From positions 1-47,105 of the forward strand of contig QHYA01000062.1 of assembly GCA_003223995.1 (NCBI GenBank): a DNA stretch of 47,105 nucleotides, written 5' to 3'. Positions 26,851-34,054 of the stretch are shown here, in pieces. The stretch's first letter is position 1, and the number at the start of each line of letters is the position of its first letter. The notes below the pieces were generated by a model. That model had not been told where the DNA came from. It saw nothing but the letters and a program-made list of their open reading frames with translations, and made no database searches. Origin of the DNA: Acidobacteriota bacterium. GTDB lineage: Bacteria; Acidobacteriota; Polarisedimenticolia; QHYA01. A program made the translations under genes and the position numbers.

Positions 26851-27904
26851 GCGAGGCGGGGATCTCCCCCGCGACCGTTACTGTCCTTCCGTCCTGTTCG
26901 ATGCGAATGGAGCGGAGGGCGGCCAGAGCCTCCCCATCCGACTGCGCTGTCACCTTCAGAAGCGCGATAACTGCCCGGAGAGAGTCTGCGAAGAGCCCTG
27001 CTTGCTGCTCTCCGCGGCTCCCCGCCTCGCCTCGCACGGAAACTCCTTTGCCCGAGCGGATGGAGACGGCCAAGGTATCGATCTCGGCCACGGCGTCCAC
27101 GGCGGGAGCCGCCTGCGGGGGAACGAGCCTCTTGATGGCCTGCCGGGCGATTTGCGGGTCGGCGGCGACCAGCCATGCCTGACCTCGACCGGAAATGGCT
27201 GAGACAAGCCGCGAAAGCTCCGGATTCACGTTGTCGCTGCTTCGCCCAGCGGAGAGGCGACGCAGTGATTCAGCGACCCACAACCGGTCCCCCCATAGCG
27301 CGATGTTTTTCTCCGGAAAGCAGAGCACCGGCCGGTCTGTGCTCCTCTGATGGCCGGCCTGTCCTTTTTCCGGGGCATTCCGTTCCTTGGGCTCCGGGCC
27401 CAGCATCAGAGTCGCTTCTCCGAGTCGCTCGGTGGACCATCCTCGCTGGGTCAGTCGCTGCGAGAGACCGGCGGGATCGACCCGCCCCCGAACGAGCATG
27501 ACCATCCCTTTCCCTTCGCCCATCTCGCGCCCACCGACCGTGACACGGTCGATGTCCCGATCGAGCCGGAGGCCCGTGGCGGAGAGAAACTCCTCCAGGC
27601 TCCTCCAGACCCTGGGAAACAATGGAATACGATCGCGCATTTTCAGCAGGGACGGGCTGTCACTCAGGGCCGCGACATCGACGAACAAAAGCAGGTTGGC
27701 CTGAGTGGGAACAAGGGGAAGCTCGCCGGGTCCGCGCGAGGAGGCCGGGGGACGGCGGCCCTGCGCTGACGAGGAATGACCATCCGGCACAGCGATGACG
27801 GTGGCCGCCAGGGCAACACTGGCCACCAGGGCGACAGCGGCCGCTGCGGACCAGCGGGCGGAGCGAGACGCCTGGGCGATCGACCGGCGCGGAGCGAGAG
27901 GCAC
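26831..27904 (-). CDS. Secreted or membrane-anchored hypothetical protein, last gene of the sigma-54 operon
   Basis: The N-terminus ..RSARWSAAAAVALVASVALAATVIAV is signal/anchor-like. GTG start 23 nt after the STAS stop. No family recognised. The 3' end overlaps the convergent CPBP gene by 20 nt. Confidence 0.55.
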   Translation of the reverse strand: MPLAPRRSIAQASRSARWSAAAAVALVASVALAATVIAVPDGHSSSAQGRRPPASSRGPGELPLVPTQANLLLFVDVAALSDSPSLLKMRDRIPLFPRVWRSLEEFLSATGLRLDRDIDRVTVGGREMGEGKGMVMLVRGRVDPAGLSQRLTQRGWSTERLGEATLMLGPEPKERNAPEKGQAGHQRSTDRPVLCFPEKNIALWGDRLWVAESLRRLSAGRSSDNVNPELSRLVSAISGRGQAWLVAADPQIARQAIKRLVPPQAAPAVDAVAEIDTLAVSIRSGKGVSVRGEAGSRGEQQAGLFADSLRAVIALLKVTAQSDGEALAALRSIRIEQDGRTVTVAGEIPASLIQRRE

Positions 27905-27927
27905 CCCTATATTGTAACCGCCCTCGC

Positions 27928-28305
27928 CTATCGCCCTTCCAGCAGAGCGAGCGCTTCTTCGACCGTGTCCCGAAGCTCGAAGACCGCCGTGAGGCGGATA
28001 ACCTCGAGGATCGAGCGCACCGGAGGCGTCACCCCGGCCAGGATCATCCTCCGTCCGCGGCTTCGCGCCTTCTTGAGAACCGACACGAGCGCCCCCACGC
28101 CGCTGCTGTCGATGAACCGGACTGCAGAGAGATCGATCACGAGATCGACCTCGCCGGTAATCTCCGAGACGACAGCGTGCTTGACTTCGGCGGAGTTCGT
28201 GCTGTCGAGGCTGTCATCCCCCAGAAGCCTAAAGCAGAGGACGCTGCCGCACTGCTCGAAGGTGATCCGCACCCGGGTCTGGCTCGCCGGCGGAAAATCA
28301 TACAT
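27928..28305 (-). CDS. STAS-domain protein (SpoIIAA/RsbV-type anti-sigma-factor antagonist)
   Basis: ..LVIDLSAVRFIDSSGVGALVSVLKKARSRGRRMILAGV.PPVRSILEV..L..VF.. carries the conserved DSSG phospho-serine motif. The ATG at 28305 is preceded by AAGGAGG with a 6-nt spacer and overlaps the upstream stop by 8 nt. Confidence 0.85.
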   Translation of the reverse strand: MYDFPPASQTRVRITFEQCGSVLCFRLLGDDSLDSTNSAEVKHAVVSEITGEVDLVIDLSAVRFIDSSGVGALVSVLKKARSRGRRMILAGVTPPVRSILEVIRLTAVFELRDTVEEALALLEGR

Positions 28306-29176
28306 GGACCGCCTCCTTTTCATCCGCTACGCTGTCCTTTGGACCCGGTTCGCTCTCCTCGTCTGTCGGGCGGGACCAGGACGGCTGTTCTCTCGCGCTT
28401 TCCGGCTCAGGCGGGATCGAGACCTCGAGCCCCGGAGGTCGATCCGAGGGCTCCTCGCTCCATCGGACGGCCTTCAGCAGGATCAGGAACTCCGTACCGG
28501 CCGTCTCTCGGCGGACGATCAGTTCCCCTCCATGACGCGCGATGAGCGCCGCCGCCAGTCGTTCCTCGGGAACAGGATGCCTTTCGACCAGCACGGCTTC
28601 CGGCGAGTCCCTTTTTCCTTCGATATGAAGCGCGACGGTCTCTGCCTCCCTGTCAGGGGGTCCGACGCGGACCAGCAGCTCTCCCCCACCGGCGCGGCGG
28701 AGTTGCTCCACGAGACTGACCGTGAGAAGGCTGAACGAGGCTTGTAGGGCCCGCCGGTTGAACAGCACCCAGGGAGCGCCCCCGAACCTGGTCACGATCC
28801 TGATGGAAGCGCTCTCGAGCGGCCTTTCCAGAACGCGGAGCAGCGGTTCGAGGGCGGTGAGCAGGTCTTCCCTTCCCATTCCCACCCCTTCCCTGCCATT
28901 CGAGAGATCGCTGACGCGCTGCAGCATGGGTCGCAACCGTTCTGCCGATTTCATCGTCGTTTCGAGGGCCCGGACCATCCGCGCAGGCTTCCTGGACGCC
29001 AGGCCGATCTGCGCGTGCCCGAGCACGGCGGCAAGCGCGTTGTTCATCTCGTGCATGAGCTGCGCGCAGAGCCTTCCGGCCGCAGCCCAGGTGCAGAGAT
29101 CGAGATCGCTCTCCCATCTCTGCTCCGGATCGGGCCTTGCGCGGCGCCGGGCTGACCACCGCAGCCATCCCCTCAT
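28298..29176 (-). CDS. Histidine-kinase-like protein: HisKA H-box present, ATP-binding domain degenerate
   Basis: The ATG at 29176 forms an ATGA overlap with the upstream stop. The H-box is LMHEMNNALAAVLGHAQIGL. The C-terminal region has HATPase-like length and pattern but lacks the N-box Asn (LLTVSLVEQL), the DxGxG box (HIEGKRDS) and the GxGLG box (ERLAAALIARHGGEL). Confidence 0.7.
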   Translation of the reverse strand: MRGWLRWSARRRARPDPEQRWESDLDLCTWAAAGRLCAQLMHEMNNALAAVLGHAQIGLASRKPARMVRALETTMKSAERLRPMLQRVSDLSNGREGVGMGREDLLTALEPLLRVLERPLESASIRIVTRFGGAPWVLFNRRALQASFSLLTVSLVEQLRRAGGGELLVRVGPPDREAETVALHIEGKRDSPEAVLVERHPVPEERLAAALIARHGGELIVRRETAGTEFLILLKAVRWSEEPSDRPPGLEVSIPPEPESAREQPSWSRPTDEESEPGPKDSVADEKEAVHV

Positions 29177-31548
29177 TCTCCGACCCCGATCGCCTCGGTG
29201 CCTTCCCTCAGGGTTGCAGCAGGCTCCGGAGGCGACAGGCGCACGGGAAGGTGCACCTTCGCGATCGTGCCGCCGGCGGGCGGGCACTCCAGTTCCAGCC
29301 GGCCGCCATGCTGCAGAAGGATGCCGCGCACCAGAGGAAGACCCAGCCCCAGCCCGCTGGGCTTCGCGGTCAGCATGTCGCCGACCTGCTCGAATCCTTC
29401 CAGCACCCTCTGGCATTCGGATTCCGGAATGCCGGGCCCCTCGTCCCTCACGCTGACGAGAATCATCGATCCGCTCTCCCGAGCGGTTCCTTCGCTTCCG
29501 CGATTCGATTCGCTCCGCGGATCCGTTTCGCGAGCCGCCTCCGGCAGGCCACAACCGACGGTGCGGATCGTCACTTCGATCGTTCCTCCCCTGGGAGAAA
29601 ACTTCACGGCGTTGTCCACCAGGTGCCACAGGGCCAGCCGGAGCAGGTAGCGGTCCGCCACGAGGGGTGCTGGGGCTGCCGGCTGGTACCGGATCCTAAC
29701 CCCCTTTTCCTGGGCACCGCCGGCTGCCTCAGCCAGCACTCCGTCGAGCACCTGTCCGACGTCGAGGTGATCGAAGACCGGCCGGACCCCTCCCTGGCGG
29801 AGCACCCAGAGCTGAATGACCTGTTCGATCATGTCGGCCAGCCTGCGTCCTTCCTGTCGGATGATGGAGTAGAACTCCTTTCTTTCGTCAACGGGATCGG
29901 CCATCGATTCGAGAAGTTCCGCCGTCGTCAGGATTCCGGTCAGAGGCGTCTTCATCTCGTGGGAGATGTTGGATAGGAAACGGTCCTTCATGCCATCCAG
30001 CTCGCGCAGCTTTTCGTAGGTCTCGCGCAACTCCATCGTGCGCGTCCGGACCTCCTCCTCGAGGTGCTCGCTGTAGCTGGCCATCTTCCTGTAGAGCGCT
30101 GCGTTGTCCATGGCGCTCGCCGCCTGCATTGCGAGCAGGGAAAGGAATCGCAGCTCTTCCGGCCCGAGGGTCAAGGGCGCATCCCTGGCGCTGTAGGCGA
30201 CGAGCAGCGCCGGGGGATGCTCGCGGGATCTCACGGGAACGGCCGCCATCCCGCCCACGCCGGCCATCGCCGGATGGCTCTCCCCACCCGGCAGGTCCCA
30301 CTGGACGTCGCGGGCCAGAAAGGGCTCGTCCTCCTCGAGGATCCTCCGAGCGAGGGTCTGGCCCGCCGAGAGGACGCTGTTCGCGGGATCCGACGGCAGA
30401 TTGACCAGGAACAGTTCCTCCAGAGTCTTTGCACCGGGTCTGTCCAGGAGGACGGAGGCGGCGCTGACGGCATGAGCTTCGGCCGCCACCGTGACGAGCC
30501 GCTCCAGCACACGCTTCTCGTCTCGTGTCTGATTCAACTCCCGCACGGAAGCGTGAAGGGCTTCCAGTTCCTTCACGCGTGCCGTGAGGCGGTTCTTCAC
30601 GTCCCGCATCTCGGAATAGTCGCAGGCGATCGCGAGGTTCGCGTTGAGAGAGCGCTGGAGCAGCTCATCCGGAGTGATCGGAGCGTCTTCCGGAATGGAA
30701 CGCCCGGAGGAGCTTGCAGGCTTCGCTTCCCCGACTCCCGCGGCCGGAGCCAACCCTCGGTGCGCCGGCGTCTGCGCGGCGGAGGCCGTTGCTCCAGGCG
30801 CTCTGCCGGCGACCGTCGCCCCCTTCGGAGCGGTCACGTTGCCAGCGGGGGTCGTTTCCCTTCCCCTCTCTTGCGCGGCCGCATCTTCCTTGTCCTTTGG
30901 AAGGAAGGGAGCGAGAGCGCAGGAGACCTGCTCGAGGAGGGCCTCGGGATCGACATGGCCGGTGCGGGCCTCCCCCACCAGACCGCGCAGAATCGCCTGG
31001 ATCGCGGCATGAAACGTCTCGATGACCCCCTGCTTGTGCAACGCAGAGGCGGGGATCCCCGCGATCCCGGACCGCAATTGCTCCTCGACCTGCGCGGGTC
31101 TCAATGCGCCGGGCAAGTCCTGCTTGTTGTATTGGACGATGACGGGAACCTTGGCAGGGTCCAGGCCGGTGGTTCGCATGTTCGCGCGAAGGTTCTCCCA
31201 GGCGGCTCGGTTCTCCGAGACCTTGCCGTGAGAGGAGTCTGCAACGAAGACCACGCCGTCCGCCCCGGACAGCACGAGCCGCCGCGTGGTGTTGTAGCGG
31301 ACCTGTCCAGGGACAGTGTAGAGCTGGACTTTGATCGAATAGCCGAACAACCTGCCGAGATCGAAGGGAAGCAGATCGAAGAACAGAGTCCGGTCGCCGC
31401 TGGTGTTCAGGGAGATGAGCCGCGTGTCGCCCGCCGGATCGGTGATGCGGTGGATCTGCTGGAGGTTGGTCGTCTTTCCCCCCATGGCGGGCCCGTAGTA
31501 GACGAGCTTCGCGACGAGTGTCCGATCGGTGTGGTTCCACTGAGCCAT
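29173..31548 (-). CDS. Fusion protein: MglA-family small GTPase, linker, GAF and histidine kinase (HisKA + HATPase_c)
   Basis: The N-terminal ~195 aa are collinear with Myxococcus MglA: AKLVYYGPAMGGKTTNLQ, DRTLFFDLLP, QLYTVPGQVRYN, DGVVFVADS, VIVQYNKQDLP. These are followed by an Ala/Pro/Gly-rich linker, a GAF-like region, the H-box NISHEMKTPLTGI, the N-box LWHLVDNAVKFSP, G1 VRDEGPGIP and G2 GLGLGLPLVRGILLQHGGRL. Confidence 0.85.
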   Translation of the reverse strand: MAQWNHTDRTLVAKLVYYGPAMGGKTTNLQQIHRITDPAGDTRLISLNTSGDRTLFFDLLPFDLGRLFGYSIKVQLYTVPGQVRYNTTRRLVLSGADGVVFVADSSHGKVSENRAAWENLRANMRTTGLDPAKVPVIVQYNKQDLPGALRPAQVEEQLRSGIAGIPASALHKQGVIETFHAAIQAILRGLVGEARTGHVDPEALLEQVSCALAPFLPKDKEDAAAQERGRETTPAGNVTAPKGATVAGRAPGATASAAQTPAHRGLAPAAGVGEAKPASSSGRSIPEDAPITPDELLQRSLNANLAIACDYSEMRDVKNRLTARVKELEALHASVRELNQTRDEKRVLERLVTVAAEAHAVSAASVLLDRPGAKTLEELFLVNLPSDPANSVLSAGQTLARRILEEDEPFLARDVQWDLPGGESHPAMAGVGGMAAVPVRSREHPPALLVAYSARDAPLTLGPEELRFLSLLAMQAASAMDNAALYRKMASYSEHLEEEVRTRTMELRETYEKLRELDGMKDRFLSNISHEMKTPLTGILTTAELLESMADPVDERKEFYSIIRQEGRRLADMIEQVIQLWVLRQGGVRPVFDHLDVGQVLDGVLAEAAGGAQEKGVRIRYQPAAPAPLVADRYLLRLALWHLVDNAVKFSPRGGTIEVTIRTVGCGLPEAARETDPRSESNRGSEGTARESGSMILVSVRDEGPGIPESECQRVLEGFEQVGDMLTAKPSGLGLGLPLVRGILLQHGGRLELECPPAGGTIAKVHLPVRLSPPEPAATLREGTEAIGVGE

Positions 31549-31572
31549 GAGCGCTTTCCCTGAGGGGCCTGG

Positions 31573-31794
31573 CTAGTTGAAGACCATGTAGCGGCTCATC
31601 GCGTAGATGAAGCGCCTCGTATCCATCGGGATAGCGAGGATCTCCTCGCCGAGGTAAATGATGCGCTCCCGCTCCACGTTCCGGAACTGCGCGGCAACCT
31701 CCGCGGCGACGCGGTTGATCAGAACGTCGAGGTCCCGCTTCGCCAGGGGGCGCAGTTGCACCGGTGTCTCCTGTGACATCCTCTTTCCAGCCAT
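31573..31794 (-). CDS. Small hypothetical protein (73 aa) immediately upstream of the GTPase-kinase
   Basis: The ATG at 31794 is preceded by GGGAGG with a 7-nt spacer. The longer GTG start at 31818 would form a GTGA overlap with the receiver stop. Product: MAGKRMSQETPVQLRPLAKRDLDVLINRVAAEVAAQFRNVERERIIYLGEEILAIPMDTRRFIYAMSRYMVFN. No family recognised, and it is not recognisably Roadblock/MglB. Confidence 0.55.
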   Translation of the reverse strand: MAGKRMSQETPVQLRPLAKRDLDVLINRVAAEVAAQFRNVERERIIYLGEEILAIPMDTRRFIYAMSRYMVFN

Positions 31795-31814
31795 CGGCTG
31801 TCCTCCCTGTTGTT

Positions 31815-32207
31815 TCACTGGCTGCCCGCTTTTCTCTGCCTTTCGAGCAAGGCCCGGATCTTCGTGATGAGCTCCGTCGGGCTGTAGGGCTTCGAAAGGA
31901 AATCATCAGCGCCCAGCTCGATCCCGCGCGCGCGGTCGCTCTCCTGCCCCTTCGCCGAGAGCAGAATGATCGGCACGTCCTTCAGCGACTCCTCTCGCCG
32001 GATCGCTTCGCAGGTCGCAAAGCCGTCCTGATTCGGCATCATGACATCCAAGCAGATCAGGTCCGGTCGGCTGTCCTTGACCTTCTCCATGCACTCCACT
32101 CCGTCCACGGCAACGTCGGCTTCGAATCCGGCACGCTCGAGCAGGTACTGAAGAGGACGCCGGATGAAGGCATCGTCATCGACAACGAGGATCCTGGGCC
32201 GGCTCAT
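31815..32207 (-). CDS. Single-domain response regulator (CheY-like receiver)
   Basis: RILVVDDD (acidic pocket), LICLDVMMP (phospho-acceptor Asp), PIILLSAKG and the KPY motif. The ATG at 32207 (GAGAGGAG upstream) overlaps the phosphatase stop (TGATG). A GTG at 32210 is also possible. Confidence 0.9.
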   Translation of the reverse strand: MSRPRILVVDDDAFIRRPLQYLLERAGFEADVAVDGVECMEKVKDSRPDLICLDVMMPNQDGFATCEAIRREESLKDVPIILLSAKGQESDRARGIELGADDFLSKPYSPTELITKIRALLERQRKAGSQ

Positions 32208-33466
32208 CACGCTCCTCTCAGGCGTTTCACGACAACCACCGTGATGTCGTCGGCAGCCGCCGGGGAGTGAGTGAAGGTCGCGACCGCATCGAACACGGCG
32301 TCCCTCGCCTCCACACTCGTCCGCTCCGAGACGGATTGCAGCAGCCGCCTCAGCCGCTCCATTCCGAACATCTCTCCCAGGGGTGAGCGCGCTTCGAGGA
32401 CGCCGTCGGTGAAGAGAACGAGCATGTCGCCGCGCTCGATGCGCACCCGCCTCTCCTGATAGCGGGCATCCTCGACGATGCCGAGCCCCGGCCCGCCGCC
32501 GGCGAGCTTCTCGAAGCCGCCTCCGGCGGCTCGAAGAAGAAGAGGGGGGTGGTGCCCGGCATTGCAGTACCGGAGCTCGCCTCCCTCCTGGAGCACGCCG
32601 TAGAAGGCCGTCACGAAAAGCCCGGGCCCGCCCAGGTCCTCGCAGAGGATGTCGTTGGCCCTGCGGGCCACTGTCCTCGGGGACAGCGAGCGCTCGGCGA
32701 TCACCTTCACAACGCAGCGGGTGATCACCATGCCGATCGCCGCCCCGATGTTGTGACCGGAGACATCGGCCACGACGATCCCCATCTTCCCTCCGGGCAG
32801 GGCGACGTAGCCGTAATAGTCCCCCCCGGCCTGCTCGGCGGCGCGGACGGCGCCGGCGATATCGAAGCCGGCAAGGGCGGGCTGTGCGGTTGGAAGAAGA
32901 CTCTGTTGGATCTGCCGCGCGATCTCCAGCTCCCGCCGGACCCGCTCGTTCTCCTGCATCCTCCGGGCGAGCCGGCCGTTCTCGATGAAGACCCCGGCCA
33001 GACCGGCGATCGTCGTGATCAGCTTCAAATCCCCGGCGGTGAACGCCGCATCGTCACGGCCCAGGACGATCTGCCCCACCGCGCCGCTTGCGGAGGGCAT
33101 CGGCGCTGACAGTAGACTCCAGCGCCCGGAGCCCTCTCCGTCGATCAGCATCCCTCGGCCGGTCAGCATCGCTCCATGAGCCTCCGCGAGACGGCGGGCC
33201 TCCTCACCGGCCTCGGCCGCAAGGCTCCAGCTCCCGCCATCCGCTTGATGGAGAAAGACGCATCCGGACCTGGCCCGAGTGATCGAGGCCGCTTCCTGAA
33301 GGACGCGCCAGCAGATCTCCTCGGCGACGAACACTCCTGTGAGGGACCCCGCGAGCCGGTACAGCAGGTTCACCTCCTCGTACCGCTCGAGGATCTCCCG
33401 GCACAGGCTTTCGACCTCGGGAGCCGGCGCAACCCCCGGATCGGCGAGGGAGGACGAGGACCCCAC
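32207..33466 (-). CDS. GAF-domain PP2C-type serine phosphatase (SpoIIE/RsbU family)
   Basis: The C-terminal PPM/SpoIIE motifs are GGDYYGY, GIVVADVSGHNIGAA, FYGV......L.Y.NAGHHPPLL and VLFTDGV.EA. An N-terminal GAF-like region follows a LYRLAGSL helix. The GTG start directly abuts the upstream TGA. Confidence 0.88.
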   Translation of the reverse strand: MGSSSSLADPGVAPAPEVESLCREILERYEEVNLLYRLAGSLTGVFVAEEICWRVLQEAASITRARSGCVFLHQADGGSWSLAAEAGEEARRLAEAHGAMLTGRGMLIDGEGSGRWSLLSAPMPSASGAVGQIVLGRDDAAFTAGDLKLITTIAGLAGVFIENGRLARRMQENERVRRELEIARQIQQSLLPTAQPALAGFDIAGAVRAAEQAGGDYYGYVALPGGKMGIVVADVSGHNIGAAIGMVITRCVVKVIAERSLSPRTVARRANDILCEDLGGPGLFVTAFYGVLQEGGELRYCNAGHHPPLLLRAAGGGFEKLAGGGPGLGIVEDARYQERRVRIERGDMLVLFTDGVLEARSPLGEMFGMERLRRLLQSVSERTSVEARDAVFDAVATFTHSPAAADDITVVVVKRLRGA

Positions 33467-33802
33467 TCACTCCTCCCGGTCCGATGAGAAAATCTCGGAG
33501 AGGAATCTGTCGTCCCGCAAGTTCATCCTGCCGAGGATGATCCTGCCGTCTGGACGGACCCGCCGGCAGAGCCACGTCATCGGGTCCTTCTCCCCTGCCG
33601 GGGCCGCCTCATTCTCCAGGAAGAAGTCCGCGATCCTCTCCTCGCTTGAGGCTGCCAGGACCCAGGTGTCGAGGATCCAGGAGTCCGGGCCCTTCCCGTT
33701 GGAAGAGGGGCTGCCGCCGACGACGATCGCGTCTACCGGCTTGCTGCGGGTGATAGGGCGTTCTCGGATCACGGAATTCCATTCGGCCGACTGGGTCTTC
33801 AT
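33467..33802 (-). CDS. Hypothetical protein (111 aa), first gene downstream of the sigma-54 promoter
   Basis: The ATG at 33802 is preceded by GAAGGGGGGG and lies 83 nt downstream of the -12 element. No family recognised. Confidence 0.6.
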   Translation of the reverse strand: MKTQSAEWNSVIRERPITRSKPVDAIVVGGSPSSNGKGPDSWILDTWVLAASSEERIADFFLENEAAPAGEKDPMTWLCRRVRPDGRIILGRMNLRDDRFLSEIFSSDREE

Positions 33803-33884
33803 CGATCCCCCCCTTCGTGAATGGCTGCCTCAACCAACCGCCTGTGCAAACACCTGGGTCGCTCGGCGATGGCGTCTCACAAGG

Positions 33885-33899
33885 GCAAGGTACGTGCCA
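33885..33899 (-). promoter_or_regulatory. Sigma-54 (RpoN) -24/-12 promoter
   Basis: The minus strand reads TGGCACGTACCTTGC, an exact match to TGGCACG-N4-TTGC. It is intergenic, oriented toward the 33802 operon, and an NtrC-type activator gene ends 156 nt upstream. Confidence 0.85.
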
Positions 33900-34021
33900 T
33901 TCCCTGCACTCATCCATGTGGCCCTCCCTAATGACTCTTTATGAAGGATTTAGTGGGCGAGATGACTCTGACAGTTTCGGTGGAACGAGACCTGCGGGCT
34001 GACAGGAAGTGACCGCCTATG

Positions 34022-34034
34022 GACACTCAGTGTC
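34022..34034. promoter_or_regulatory. Perfect palindrome GACACT-C-AGTGTC, candidate enhancer (UAS) for the NtrC-type activator
   Basis: 6-1-6 palindrome about 125-150 nt upstream of the sigma-54 promoter. A 1-nt centre rules out a hairpin and favours dimer binding. An AT-richer stretch (33925-33960) lies between it and the promoter. Confidence 0.4.
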
Positions 34035-34054
34035 TGGTCGGTCGAACAGGGCGG

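Noticed and set aside
24879-27182. 767-codon plus-strand ORF, the longest ORF in this part of the window
   Set aside because: The product is extremely Arg/Pro/Ala/Ser-rich with no recognisable motif. It overlaps three better-supported genes: DUF2085 and the CCCC protein in antisense, and the CPBP protease in another frame. This is typical of a spurious open frame in high-GC DNA.
30064-31906. 499-aa plus-strand and 413-aa minus-strand ORFs overlapping the GTPase-kinase gene
   Set aside because: They are alternative frames of a gene whose chosen frame shows continuous MglA, GAF and kinase motifs. The alternative products are Arg/Gly-rich.
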